DNA from: Lingula anatina | Lineage: Eukaryota > Animalia > Brachiopoda | Reading direction: 5' to 3' | Length of the DNA stretch: 64,000 nt | Assembly: GCA_051362555.1 (NCBI GenBank) | Contig: CM120642.1 | Coordinates: 29,512,001 to 29,576,000 of the forward strand | In this document: in pieces, positions 50,865-63,314 of the stretch | Numbering within the stretch: the stretch's first letter is position 1 | Layout of the letters: the number at the start of each line of letters is the position of its first letter | Position numbers and translations under genes: made by a program | The notes under the pieces: generated by a model | The model's database searches: none | Told to the model about the DNA's origin: nothing | Seen by the model: only the letters and a program-made list of their open reading frames with translations

Positions 50865-51277
50865 GGGAAAAGTGTTTTGAAAGAAAAGTTTCTCCACATG
50901 GGTACTGCAATGTCAGTGTCTTCGTTTGTTAATTTTTTAAATTTCAATTTTTGAACAACTTTATTAAAAAAAGAATAAAGTTGTTTACATTATTCATATT
51001 ATTATTTTGTTATTTTATTATTATGAACTTGAATTTAACATTTGCGTTATTCTTTAAAACAGCAGGCTAAAGATAATATTTGTCACTTAATGTTTAGATT
51101 CGAAACACAAATTGAAGCTAGGGCCTATAATTCTCGGGCTTTTTAAAAAGTAAAAGCCTACTCTTTAATGGAAACACAGCTGCCAATGTATTTGCTCGTA
51201 GTCGAGAGAAATTAAGATATCACTGAAAATCATAGTATCTTATAATTTAAAACCATCTACAGAAGCCTCGAGAAACG

Positions 51278-54200
51278 CTAATAATCGTCCTCATCTGATT
51301 CCTCTTCCTCTGCCGCCTCGGCCTCTTCTTCCATCTTTCTTGCCCACTCCTGTTGCCTCTTCCGCCACGCAGCCTCGACTTCAGGTGTCGGGTCTTCGTC
51401 TTCGGTGGTTTCCGGTCCACTTGGAAACTCCAACTGAGGAAGAGGAGGCAGCACTGGCTCTAAATGCGTGGCCGTGTATTTCATGCCCCAACCAATGTAA
51501 ATGTTTTCAAAATACCTGAGAGAAAAGAAAAACATTTTAATTTTAATTATTTTTAAAGTCCCCGGCATCAGTTTTGTTATCCATCGGTTTAGAAATATAC
51601 AGTACGTATGGTATTTTCCCCGTTTATAAATTCCAATGCATACTTAAAGATATAATGTGTGCCAAAATGTTTTAAGCCTTTGGCTCTTCGTGGACCAATG
51701 CCTAACTGTCAGTTGGGCCAAAGCAGGAAAAGTGGTCAGGTATTGAACGAATTATCAAACAATTTTATAATACGGCTTCAAATTTTGGTGTATGACCAGA
51801 GCTAGCATTGCAGACTGTGGTGATCAAGTCTAAATTGCCTCAACTAAATAGAAACGATTTATACATAAAAGAGATAAAAATGAAGAAATATTGGTCATTG
51901 ACAAGTTAATTCAGTAACCCTACGTCCTTTTACTTTGTGCTTAAACACAAATTGAAATACCAACATACTTTCCCTGTTCCACAGCAAATGCGTGCGCTCC
52001 CGGCCACAAGGACGAGTGCAAGATGGCAACGGCATACTCCGGCACCAGTTTGGTAGAGTAATGAGCCACCCAGGGCGGGGCACCGTCAATATCTACAATA
52101 TAACCATGTTATACTTGTATATGACAAATATACGGTTCCACTGGGCACGCAGGGCAACTCGTTTCCTCTTATTCAATCAAGCAAGCAAAAATGAAATAAG
52201 AAATAAAGAAATAAAAATTAACGATCTTTAATAATCTCTTATCTACCTTGTTCATCTCTCTTTTCCAGTAAACTTCTACCTCAATATCAGGGACACAACA
52301 GCTTTTTGCCACACATAGACAGGCAGCACGAATGAATCGGTCTAATGTTGTTTCATATGGCAAAATATTTTACCATTATCACCACGACAACAGTCTAGTA
52401 ATACCTTCATCTTCCAATATTGGAGTCAACAGGGGTGGCCCAACTTCTGGCTCAGGTTCATCTGCTTCCTCTCTTTCTTCGTCTTCTTCTTCGCCGTCGT
52501 CCATTTCTTCTTGGTGTTTCAGGTGGACGGGATTGAACCACTTTGTCCGACCCTAAAAATAAGGGACATTGATAATAATAATTGGATTTGATTTAGCACT
52601 TTTTAGCAAATATTTGTCCTGGAAGGCATTAAAAATATGTTATACCTGAGGTAGAATATAGGGAACATGGTGGACCCAATACCGGATCTCTGGATCCGCT
52701 AGCTCGGCCATAGTAAGACCCTCAAAGTCTGGGTCTGGGACATAGGAGTCGCGACCTGCAAGAGAAAAGGCGAATTGAACAAGACGGGTGGTGAATAAAA
52801 AACTTGAACAGGACTGCAAAATATTTAAAATAGCTAAGCGTTTTGCATATTAAAACACCGAAATTTATTACCAATTATGTAAATTCAAATTATATTAACA
52901 TAGCCCAATATTCAAATGTTTGGTCAATGATATGAAGAACTGAAGCTTCAGTTAAGACAATGAAAAAGGTACAAATAAATAAATGGATAAAAAGAAAGCA
53001 TCGCGGATGAATATATCTTTTACTGAACATTCACCCTCTTCTTCCTCTCCTTCTGCCTCTTCGTCAAACTTGTAAACCCCTTGGGGAGATATGACGGTGC
53101 TGGCTGAGATCCGGGCAATCTGCGCGCGCAGATAGTTTATCTCGTGTCCAGGAAATGGTGGATTGGATATCACCTACAAGTAGGCCTATAACTATTTTAA
53201 AAAGTTTTCAAATTCACAGAGTAAAATACTTGCTATTATGTTGAGCACATTGTTTTTTCTGGCATAAAATTAGAATCATTAAAATATAATAAAAAGCGTT
53301 CATATTATGAAAAATAGCTTTTGTATGTATATGTAGACAAAGAAGTCATTATAACTATAGTGCAGAAACACAAATGTGTTGCTCTTTCAAACACAAGACG
53401 TGAGACGTGTAAGACTGCGTGTACGTCTCTTCAAGTACAGCAAAACACTTCACAATCACAGGAATGTAAGACATCGATGGCGGGAGTAATAGATAAATCA
53501 AACACCATGTATAAGATAAGTGTATGCACAAGTGTATGCACTTAACATGTTTTACCCTCTTTAATTAAGTTTATTATTTTTATAATAATAATAATTATTT
53601 CTATTATTACACCTACCAAGGCGTTCACATCGCCAGAAAGAAACTTCTTGATTTGCCTCGCGCAGACGATCTGGGCCGGTGTGACGTCAGGGAGTCTGAT
53701 CCACTCCTCTCCAGCTATAAATAAAACAAAGTTAATATAATGAAAACCCAAAAATTTTAACCCTTTGGAAATCTAGTCATCTAAATGTTATTTTGCATAA
53801 TTACCCGCCATAGACTTAAGCCATTAGCTATTAGTGTATTTAGCTATTGGTTTTTCTGTCCTATCTGAGGTTTCCCCGCCAAATCGAATTTCTATTGTTA
53901 AGATCAACTTTCTCCTCCTCACGCATCATAACTCGACATGTCGCTGCGCATTTATTCAATGTTTTATGCCACAGAATTAATTTAGTTATAACCAGGTAAT
54001 TATATCGGATATAATTCCCTGTTCTAACTGGTCATTTTGACTATCATGGCCATCTTCCCGTCAATTTCAGAAAGAAATATTGACATCAAATAATTTTATT
54101 TTGTTTTTAAAAATAGCATTTAAGGTCTTAATTAAGACCGATAAGTAGCTTTGCAGAATATGTAGACATAGAAGATATGATTTTGGGAAATTGTTGAAAG

Positions 54201-56996
54201 CATTAATATCTTTGATATTCATACTGACGCACTTGTATTCTACAGTATAATTGAGGTTTGTAACCACCATCGTAAAATTAATTGCAGTAGTACTTTTATT
54301 TGCTTCCTTCATTAGCACGACGATGTAATATAACAAGTTACAAAAACAATACCCACGCGTTTTTATCGTACAAAACAAAACGTTTACAATACGTACGCTC
54401 GTTGCACACAAAATACGTCTTCTTGTTGACTCCAGTTCCACTCTGCTCTGCTGGGATTACAGGAGGGGGTCTGTAGATCGTGGTAGGTATCACATCCGAG
54501 TCTATATCTTCAATAGAAGACAGGGAACCATGACTACAAGTTTTGAATATGAAGTATCAAACAGTGAGATTTTACAATTATGTTGTGCATGACAATTTCA
54601 CCGAGAAATTCAATGTCATGAGACCATAGGCCTATAACCAGAGTGGCAAATGCATTGGTACACCTACCGGGCATCAGTATTCTAAAGAGTATTTATGTAT
54701 ATATTATTTTGTGTGTTCTAGCTGTATGTATGTGGAAGAGGGCAACGAATCAACGAATCATAATCACACAACTGTTTATCCACATGCGTACATTAGAACT
54801 AGTACAGCTACACGACCGGTAGCATTTATAAACATCACGAAAAGAAATTGTTGGGAAAAAGGTAATTACCTTTGCAAAATTGATAAATTAATAGAAAAAA
54901 CACATAAAAGTCAATATATGAAAAAAAGAATATAAGTAAATAGGAGTTAGAAAGCAACGGGAACCTGTACCTGACTCTGTGTCCTGTGGGCCGCCCTGGC
55001 CGTTCACTGGAGAGTTCAATGGAGTTGACGTCTGAACAGAGACAAGAATATACGATGATGTACATGTAAGCTATTAATTGAAATACATCAAAATAATTCC
55101 TTTATAAATTGATACAGAGGAGGGAATGCAGTGAATTCAAGTAGGTGCTAAAACGCTGAAACAATATAGAAACAAATATGTTCCTTAACGCGTCATTCAC
55201 CGACCCACCTGTTCAAAATTTGTTTCTTCGTCTTCTGTCTCCGACAGCTCTGCCTCCAGGACTATATAGTTCCTGCGGGTCCCAAGCACTTTCCCCCAAA
55301 GGCGAATGTTTTCTATGGGGTAGAGGTCCGAGGACAAAAGCTGGTTCATAGCAAGCCATATTCGGAACATTTCCTCTCGCTGTATTCCCTCTCCCGATAG
55401 CTCGAAGTAATGGGCAATCCGCATCAGATTGGGGAGAATGTCTTCATCTTCACTTTCAGGGGTACTAGGTTTGTGATCATGCTGGTGATATAAACAATAA
55501 TGTGAGGCAATTTAACAAAGAGAGAGAGAGAGAGGAATAGAGAAAAACAATTAGGAGCCTACAGTCCTCCTACTGCCAGACTTAATCTGTTAACTGTAAC
55601 TTAAAAAAAAAAATAGTGTTACATAAAAAAGGAAAAGGGAATATTTCTGTGACTAGACACTGAAATTCGCTTTTTTTCCTTTTTTCCGCATGAGTGAGAA
55701 AGAATTCTAATGAAGTACTGAAGAGTTCGAACTGATTAATCTTCTCGATAGGATTATCCACAATGTAAATGTTTTAATCAAGGAAGAAATGTTATGTTTG
55801 AGGAGGAGAGCGCTTTTTCCTCATAATGTCAATAGTTTTCCCTCTCGGTTAGAATGAAGGATTGCATTTTGTAGGATAATTTTGACTATTTTTATTACGT
55901 CCCTGATCAGTGAACACTAACCATAGAGATGATAACAGAGATAACTAGAGGAAAGTCGGGGGTTCACACATTTCATTATAAAAAGCATTATAATGTTTTA
56001 ATACAGTGCAACAATAAATACGCAAATAAGTAAATAGAAAAAGTGAAATTGCTAAAAGACAGAAAAAGACGGTTTAAAGAAAGAAGTTCAAAAACAAAAC
56101 AAACTGAACTTAAGGAAAATAAACTGCATGTAGCACACTAGCAATACTATACAGTGTAAAATTGTTTTATCGCATGTAAATTCTTTCATTCCTCGCGGTA
56201 GATACATGTATATTAAAATGCTGGCCAACACTTTCCCAGTAGTGTTTTACCTTTTGGAACAAGTTAATTTGTTTAGAAGCCAGGTTCCACTTATGATCAA
56301 AATGCCACTGGTCTCTCAACTGCTGGGGGTCAGATGTCACTCGGCACTTCTTAGCGTCCCGGCTGTCGTCTTCTAACGTTGCCAGGGGGTCTGCGGGAGT
56401 GCCTATCAGAATCTTGGTGAGAAGTTGACTTAAGTGATCATACCTGAAATATGTGATATAAACTGACAGTGAGCGTTCCTCTAAGGGACCGACAGAACTG
56501 TTTACCATTATATTTAGGAGGAAGTGACTTTTGAAAAGTAAATGGGATTTTTTGTCTAGTTATGTTGTGTGATTGATAAGCAAAAAACATGGCAAATTTA
56601 AGAACATTTGTATTGCCAATGTATCAATGATTGATATTATCTACATATTTAAATGAGTCTTTTTTATTTCCTTTCAATAAATAAAAAAATCCTCTCGAAT
56701 CTCCATTCTCGGTTTTAGAATGCTACCGGTAATATCAACTCTCAGCGAATCTGTTATAGCAACCTCAGCACAACCTATTTAACGGTGGACATTATGTATA
56801 AACTGCCACAGAATGATGTGAACACACACAATTATTTCTTATAGATGACAGATGTACAAGCAAAAACACTGGGTTATTACATGTTGATATGATGTACGTG
56901 TGATACTCACAAGTTAGCTCCTGTGTCAGTACTACAAGTCAGCAGGTAGGATTTCGCATTTGAATAGTAGGAGTCATTAAACTCACTGTCTTCCAT
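51278..56996 (-). CDS. RSPH4A: Radial spoke head protein 4/6 homolog
   Basis: Exons 56996-56911, 56443-56251, 55481-55209, (55031-54971 and/or 54681-54668, phase unresolved), 54533-54397, 53714-53617, 53173-53035, 52755-52646, 52552-52405, 52092-51969, 51515-51278. Motifs [91 protein letters not shown]. Confidence 0.93.
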
Positions 56997-57159
56997 TGTT
57001 CTATTTTTTCTTTTCACTAAAAAACCAAAAAGTATACAATTTTAAAATAAACATGCACACGACAAGGTCTAAGAAGGTTGCGCGGGCGTGTGCGCGCGTG
57101 CGAATCACAGTGTGTGTGTGTGCTTGTGCGTGTGAGTATGTGTGCGTGTGTGTGCGTGT

Positions 57160-57200
<41 letters not shown>

Positions 57201-57322
57201 GTAGGCCCTACCTTCACTGTTTTTGTTTCACGACGTCTTCACCGCCAAGGTCTGTCTCCAGAGAAAATATTCAAAATACTAGTGACTGCTATAAAAGTAA
57301 ACAGCAATGTAAAGCATTAGGA

Positions 57323-57336
57323 ATCAGCATGGCAAC
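57323..57336. promoter_or_regulatory. RFX X-box-like motif upstream of RSPH4A
   Basis: ATCAGCATGGCAAC has one perfect half-site with canonical spacing, ~110 bp upstream of a - strand non-coding exon donor at 57211. Confidence 0.45.
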
Positions 57337-59495
57337 AGTATCGAGGGGAATGAAAAGACCCAGATAGCGTTTTGTATTTTTCGCGCTAGAGATTATTAAT
57401 AAGTCATTAGTCTTCATACACATGATTCAGTTAAGGGTTTGCTGCGTCTAACTACAAGTGCGTTTTCTCCTATATCTAGTGAGATTCAAACACTGCAACT
57501 TGAATTTTTATATTTTTAAAGTAAATGTAACGGCTGGATTGGGTTTCTAGTCTGATATCTTCGATAAACAAGAAAAGACAGCTTTACAAATGTATGCCTA
57601 GTCTTGGATTTGTTCAATCTTGAAGCGATCTCAACTCCCTACGCAGAATACAGGTACGATTCAAGCAGCGGAGTATGTGGCGCTTGAAACTATTATTCAC
57701 AATCAACTGCCCTGCCATGACACCGGGTCTGTCCCCCCCCCCATGAAGACCATAATGTTTCTTAACTCTCTCTTACATCAGGTGTCATAATAGCTGCTTT
57801 CTCTACTGCTTTGCGTAAATCAACTGCGGTCGTCCTCCCTTGCCTGAAAATAATTTTTTCTATCATTAACATTGGTTGTTACTGCTTGAACACTTGCACA
57901 CTTAGACCCCATTCCTTAAAATGATCATTCACAATCAACTGTCCTGCCATGACACCGGGTCTCCCCACCCCCCCCCCCCCCCCCCCCCGATCCAAAGGAA
58001 ATGTCGATTTAAAAACATTAACTCTCACTTATGTTGATTATTAAAGCCTTTAGTACCAATGCCAGACTTCACAGGAGTCTACAACTTTTTTACTGAGCGC
58101 TGATGGTCACTGAATAGGTAACAGATTGAAGATTTCCCCATTTTCAGACGCCTTTATTTATATACATAAAATACGACCTATCTATTCTTCTTTTAGGCCC
58201 ATGGGTCCACTTGTAACCTTGACCAAAAACGCAAACACACAAACGATTTCTCCGCTTGTATTTCTATTTATAGATTATTTTTTCTCGGGCATAAAAAAGA
58301 TGTAAAATAGTGCTAAATATCGAAATATCCACTATTAAAGTCAGCTTCAGTAGACCTACATTATTAGTATAGCTGCAACCCAATCAGGTAACAAATATGC
58401 CTGCGATTATGACCTGTGTGACTTCCTCCTAGTTGGTGCTAATGAGTTTAATGATATGCAGTCTCGGCAGCGTAACCTGATAAATTTCGCCCGTAGAGTA
58501 TTTATTAAAAGAAAGGATGGTCTCATGAATTTTTGTGATCATACAATTCACTTCACTTCCGATAAATTGCTTTTGTTTATTTTTATCTTCTTATTGTCAG
58601 ATTATGCTGATGTTGATAACATTAATCTGGATTTGAATTTTGGATGGGATTCACGTCAGCTACTTCAACTTGAATAAGGTGCTAATTTTCGTTGATTGTA
58701 CGATAACACTGGAGTCATCTGCTACAGGTGACAGGTAGGATATCGCGACAATTACATTTTTGATAACGCCATACTCTTGGTTATCATTCAAGTTGAAGAA
58801 ATAGAACCTGGTGAATAAATTTTCTATGTGTCGGAAAAAAAGGTGAGATGTGATAGGCATCGATGTTTTATCAGATATAATCTGTTTTCAGAAAGTACAA
58901 TATACAATATACGATGAGAGCGTTCTTCGTCCCTTCGATGATTTTACTGGTTATCATGTTTTACTCAAAAACACGGTACATTCAACTATTACGGCTTGAT
59001 ACTGGTCAATTTAAAATTTCCTACACATTGAGAACAATGACTGGAATAACTCGGGCTATCATTAAATGTTTTAATTTTTTTCAAATATCATGTTACTGTA
59101 AATTATCATCATCACTTGTACGCGTGCAAAGCCAAACAGATCATAGCCTACAACATGTACATCGTTGTAGACAATATCCAATAAGATATCAAGACATCTA
59201 TCTTATATCCAGGATTAATGCGAATGGAAAACTTGTTAGTCCTTAGAGTCACATCCTTTTGATGATAAGGTTGATGATTCTGCGCACTGAAAAGTCAGGC
59301 ACATCCCAGCTTTCTGCCGCCAGCTTTCCTTTTTTGTTTTAATCCTGATACCTCCCCTCCCCCCCCCCCCCCCCCCCATCTGCCACTACCCCCACTTCTC
59401 TTCCCCGTGCTAGGACTTGCCATTCGATATCTTCCCAGATTTCATCTCTGTATCTCAGCAGAGAGGATAACAATTTAAAATGTACAGAGTGTAGG

Positions 59496-60666
59496 CAGGT
59501 CCGTAGCCAGCAATTTCAGAGGGGGGTTTGTTTTCTGAAAAAGTGGTCCTTTTACCATAAAATCCTCAAGTAGGCCTACATACACACACTGGACAAAAGG
59601 AGTGTCACCCCCTAACTCAGAGTAATAAAAGTGGGCAGATCTTGGGTATTTATAATGCCTGGTCTACTTATAATGTGACTAATGAGTATAAAACCGCTAT
59701 ACCATTGAATTGTATTGTTGGTCTTGTACATGTACAGCAAATGTTATTCCTGTCTTCCTCCAATATGGCACGATACAGGCAATTATCTAACGGTTATAGG
59801 TGCAAGTTGTTAACCTGAAGAGGCGGAATATAAGCAATGTCAGAATATCGATACAATTGAATTGTTCAGTCAGAACCGTGCAGAGGGTCTGGTCTCGGTA
59901 TAGAAACACTGGATCAAGAGACAAATTGCCTCTGATGGGTCGTCCAAGAAAAAATACTGGCCGTGAAGACCGACGACTGATTTTGATGTCTAGGTTGTCA
60001 AAGTTCGACACTGCTTGTCAGTTGACAACACAGTGGAACAATTTCACACATAAGAATGTGTATGTGAAAATTGCTAGGCGTCGGTTACATGCTCAGAGAG
60101 TGTACAGCAGGGTAGCAAGACTGAAACCTCTTATATCGTTACAAAACAGGCAACGTAGAGTAAACTAGGGTCAACAGGATCTGGAACTGGACAGTTCATG
60201 ACAATTGGTCCTATATATTTTTCTGATGAGTGTCGCTTTGGTCTGACCTCTGATGACAGACGGGTACTATGCTGGCAAATGCCCGTCTAACCAGCAGAGA
60301 AACTCTGTTATATTCAGTGTTTCATGCTTGGGCCAGCATAAGCCCTGAACGCATCAGACAATTATAGAAACCTTGCTTCGTAGACTGGCACCTATTATTA
60401 GGTCACGTGGTTATGCCACTAAGTACTAATTTTGGACTTGAAACAGCATATTTTGGTAGAATGTATATTTTGTTCCCATTTTGTGATTTTTTGTGAAATA
60501 CGATGTTAACAAAATGATACCAGGGGCATATCATTCCACAGTCATTTATCTCCCCCATAGTATTAGCTCAGTAGGGGTGACACTTCTTTTGTCCAGTGTG
60601 TGTAGTTCGAATTTTAGCCAGAGTGGACATTTTCCCAGCAAAAGGGTGGTTCTTTCGAATCCCCCG

Positions 60667-60712
<46 letters not shown>

Positions 60713-60723
60713 CTACGGGCCTG
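59496..60723. mobile_element. MITE of the 37332 family, split by a Tc1 insertion
   Basis: TIRs CAGGTCCGTAGCC / GGCTACGGGCCTG; perfect TSD GTAGG at 59491-59495 and 60724-60728. Confidence 0.9.
59583..60602 (+). mobile_element. Internally deleted Tc1 element
   Basis: ~31-bp TIRs CACACACTGGACAAAAGRAGTGTCACCCC with TA TSD. Transposase remnant has the HTH (SVRTVQRVWSRY), GRPRK, ARRRL and SDECRF motifs; the rest of the DDE domain is not seen. Confidence 0.93.
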
Positions 60724-61400
60724 GTAGGAGATCACCGTGAACGCTTTGATGTATCACAAATGAAATGCTAACCATTGCTCCTCAAGCATTGTTGTTACGA
60801 GGGCCATTGCGCATAATGTCTCAATTTTTACAGACCGGATAACTACTGGCGCTGATTAAGATACATTTTAATTATGATTCAATGTGCGATAAGTCCGCGG
60901 TATACAGATTTAAGATAAACATTGAGCGAGTCTTGGCAAGGGCTATCTTTACTTAAGATGTCCTGATAGATACATAAAACAGCGAAGGGTTGATAGTGCT
61001 GAAAACTACGCTAAAGATACATATCGTCCGGCAAATTGGTGAGACGTCTATCTTTTTCGCCGTCATTGAAAATAACCTGGTAATTTGTACCTACAGATAT
61101 GCATCGGACTTCAACATATCGCGGCGTTTGCCTCTTCGCTGTCCATTTAATTAGAGATACATATCCAGGCATATGGACTACCAGTCCGTTGGATGACTAT
61201 CACACTCAAAGAGCAGCCCTAGTTAAAGGAGTTCAACGGCATTTTCTCCATCACCACTACGTTTTTTCCAAGGGCTGTTTAAGACCAAAATTTCCTTTTG
61301 AAATACCGAAGTAAGGACTGCTGTGTTACTGGTATACCTTGGCCGTCTTGGTCTGTGAACGTCAGTCTAACTTTGTATGCAGGTAGCCTAAGGCTTAGAC

Positions 61401-63314
61401 ATGAAGATCTGTAAGAACTACACAGCTATCTTACTAGCAATTGTGCTGTTAGAGGCTTTGTACGTGAGCCTCAGAATGTATAGTGAATTACTGAAGTGTA
61501 GACAGGAGGTTGAGGCATGTGCCGCTAAACCTCCGACTACGAAGATTGTATATACCGAAGCGGATTGTCCAGAGGTCGAGGCTGCTTCCGACGACGAAAC
61601 CTCGAATGGTGAAGAAGAAGAAACAATAGATAAAGATAACCCCACAATCATGAGGTTTGACTGGAAAAATCTATTAAAAGAAAAATACATCTGCACGGAT
61701 TTGAAGACACCGAAAGGGAAAACGCCAATTTGCGCTGATACAAAGGTAAAAGGCGAGTCATTCGTTAACAGCATACAAGACGCGATGGAAACACCAACTG
61801 TGCGGTCATTTGTTAAACTGCTCGAAAACGATCCAGACCTCAGCGTACTTGACATTCATGGTCACCTTGGTATATTCTCGTTGGTGGCCGCTAAAATGGG
61901 CCGCGACGTCGTCGTAGTTGACGGGTATCAGCACACCACGCAAGCACTTGCTAACAGTATAAGTATAGGGAATTTGCAAAATTTCGTCACCCTGATCACC
62001 AACCCTATCGATTATTCCGAGTATCATCTTAGTCTAGTCGGCGAAAACGCTGATATAGTGAGTGTAAACTCGGAGGTATCAGAAGGGAGAAATAAGGCGG
62101 ACCCCATAGCAATTAACAATCTCGTAGACGAAGTGAACTATCCAAGTTGTTTACTGAAATTGGACATAACTGATCTGGACATTCGAATGTTTGTGCCCCC
62201 TTATGGATTGTTTGCAGCCCTGAAAATCCCCGTGGTTAGTTTAGGATGGAAAAATGCCAAAGATAAACCCCATGTCCAGGCATTAGCCTTCGCCATGATG
62301 TCCAAGCTGAATTACCTCCCTTTCCTCTCCATCGTCGAATCAACGTACCCTCTCGGGCCTTTGAGCACCGACCGGAGGTGGAATGAAGCGCCGTCCGTGT
62401 TCTGGGTCAGGGAAAGCTACTTAGAAAAGCGCCTCAAGCATTTGAAGAACGCCCCGCCTCCACCCGCCATGCAAAATGCCGAACCTAACAACTTCGACCC
62501 ACAACCGCCCCAGGGACTAGGGGGATTCCAAGAACCCCCCAATCAGCGTTTTGCGCCTCAACCTCCCGAAGATTTGGGTCAGTACGAAAACAACCCCCAG
62601 GAATTAGGGGGTAACCAAGACGTTCCACAAAATTTGGGTGATTACCAGGCTTACCCTGATCAACAACAGCAACTCCCATCTGGTGAAGAGCTTCGACAGA
62701 TTCCCCAGCAAAGAATGGAGCCCCAAGTAATGAACCGACAGCAGATGGAGCCGCAAAGAAGACTCCCACAGCAAATGAATGCACAGCGATTCGAGCAACA
62801 GCCACAAGGCAGAGTTAACGAGCCCGCTCAGGCAATGCATGCAGCAAGACTGCAAGCCCAGCAGGAAAGAATGCAAGCACCTCAACCGCAGCAGCTCCGT
62901 CCCCAACACCCGGCACAGGGACGGCAACAGCCACTGGCCCATGCAGGACAAGGAGAGGCGTTCGGAAACAGACCGCCCGTTCCAGCGGCCCAGGGAATGG
63001 ATATGCCCATGGGGCAACAAGCCAGGGTACCGCCACGTGTCCCAGAAACAATGGGCCAACCCCAACAGTCACGTGGCCAAGAGGATACGCAGCAAACTGT
63101 TGGAAACCTTCAGCAACCTATTGACACGATACAAATCGGTACTGTAGATAAAGATGCACAACCTCCGGATGTGAGTGGTAAAAAATTGCGTCCCGGTAAA
63201 ATAAGCAAAAATACAGCCGCGTTCATAAAAAAGCAAGCAGATAATATGGATTTGGAACTGAGTCAAGAAATGAAAGACAGACTAAATGATGCCACTGATA
63301 ACGAAAGCACGTGA
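61401..63314 (+). CDS. Type II membrane FkbM (Methyltransf_21)-like protein with Q/P-rich C-terminal tail
   Basis: Uninterrupted 637-aa ORF after an acceptor at 61382. N-terminal hydrophobic anchor, helical/acidic stem, then VLDIHGHLGIFSLVAAKMGRDVVVVD...LLKLDI (FkbM pattern), then ~280 aa largely Gln/Pro-rich. Confidence 0.8.
   Translation: MKICKNYTAILLAIVLLEALYVSLRMYSELLKCRQEVEACAAKPPTTKIVYTEADCPEVEAASDDETSNGEEEETIDKDNPTIMRFDWKNLLKEKYICTDLKTPKGKTPICADTKVKGESFVNSIQDAMETPTVRSFVKLLENDPDLSVLDIHGHLGIFSLVAAKMGRDVVVVDGYQHTTQALANSISIGNLQNFVTLITNPIDYSEYHLSLVGENADIVSVNSEVSEGRNKADPIAINNLVDEVNYPSCLLKLDITDLDIRMFVPPYGLFAALKIPVVSLGWKNAKDKPHVQALAFAMMSKLNYLPFLSIVESTYPLGPLSTDRRWNEAPSVFWVRESYLEKRLKHLKNAPPPPAMQNAEPNNFDPQPPQGLGGFQEPPNQRFAPQPPEDLGQYENNPQELGGNQDVPQNLGDYQAYPDQQQQLPSGEELRQIPQQRMEPQVMNRQQMEPQRRLPQQMNAQRFEQQPQGRVNEPAQAMHAARLQAQQERMQAPQPQQLRPQHPAQGRQQPLAHAGQGEAFGNRPPVPAAQGMDMPMGQQARVPPRVPETMGQPQQSRGQEDTQQTVGNLQQPIDTIQIGTVDKDAQPPDVSGKKLRPGKISKNTAAFIKKQADNMDLELSQEMKDRLNDATDNEST

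Noticed and set aside
57600-58730. Possible non-coding 5' exons of the FkbM-like gene, head-to-head with RSPH4A
   Set aside because: Only isolated splice-like sites with no reading-frame check available; needs transcript data.
61418-63266. Antisense and alternate-frame ORFs over the FkbM-like gene (likewise over Roquin exons)
   Set aside because: Shadow ORFs of GC-richer coding sequence with no independent motifs.
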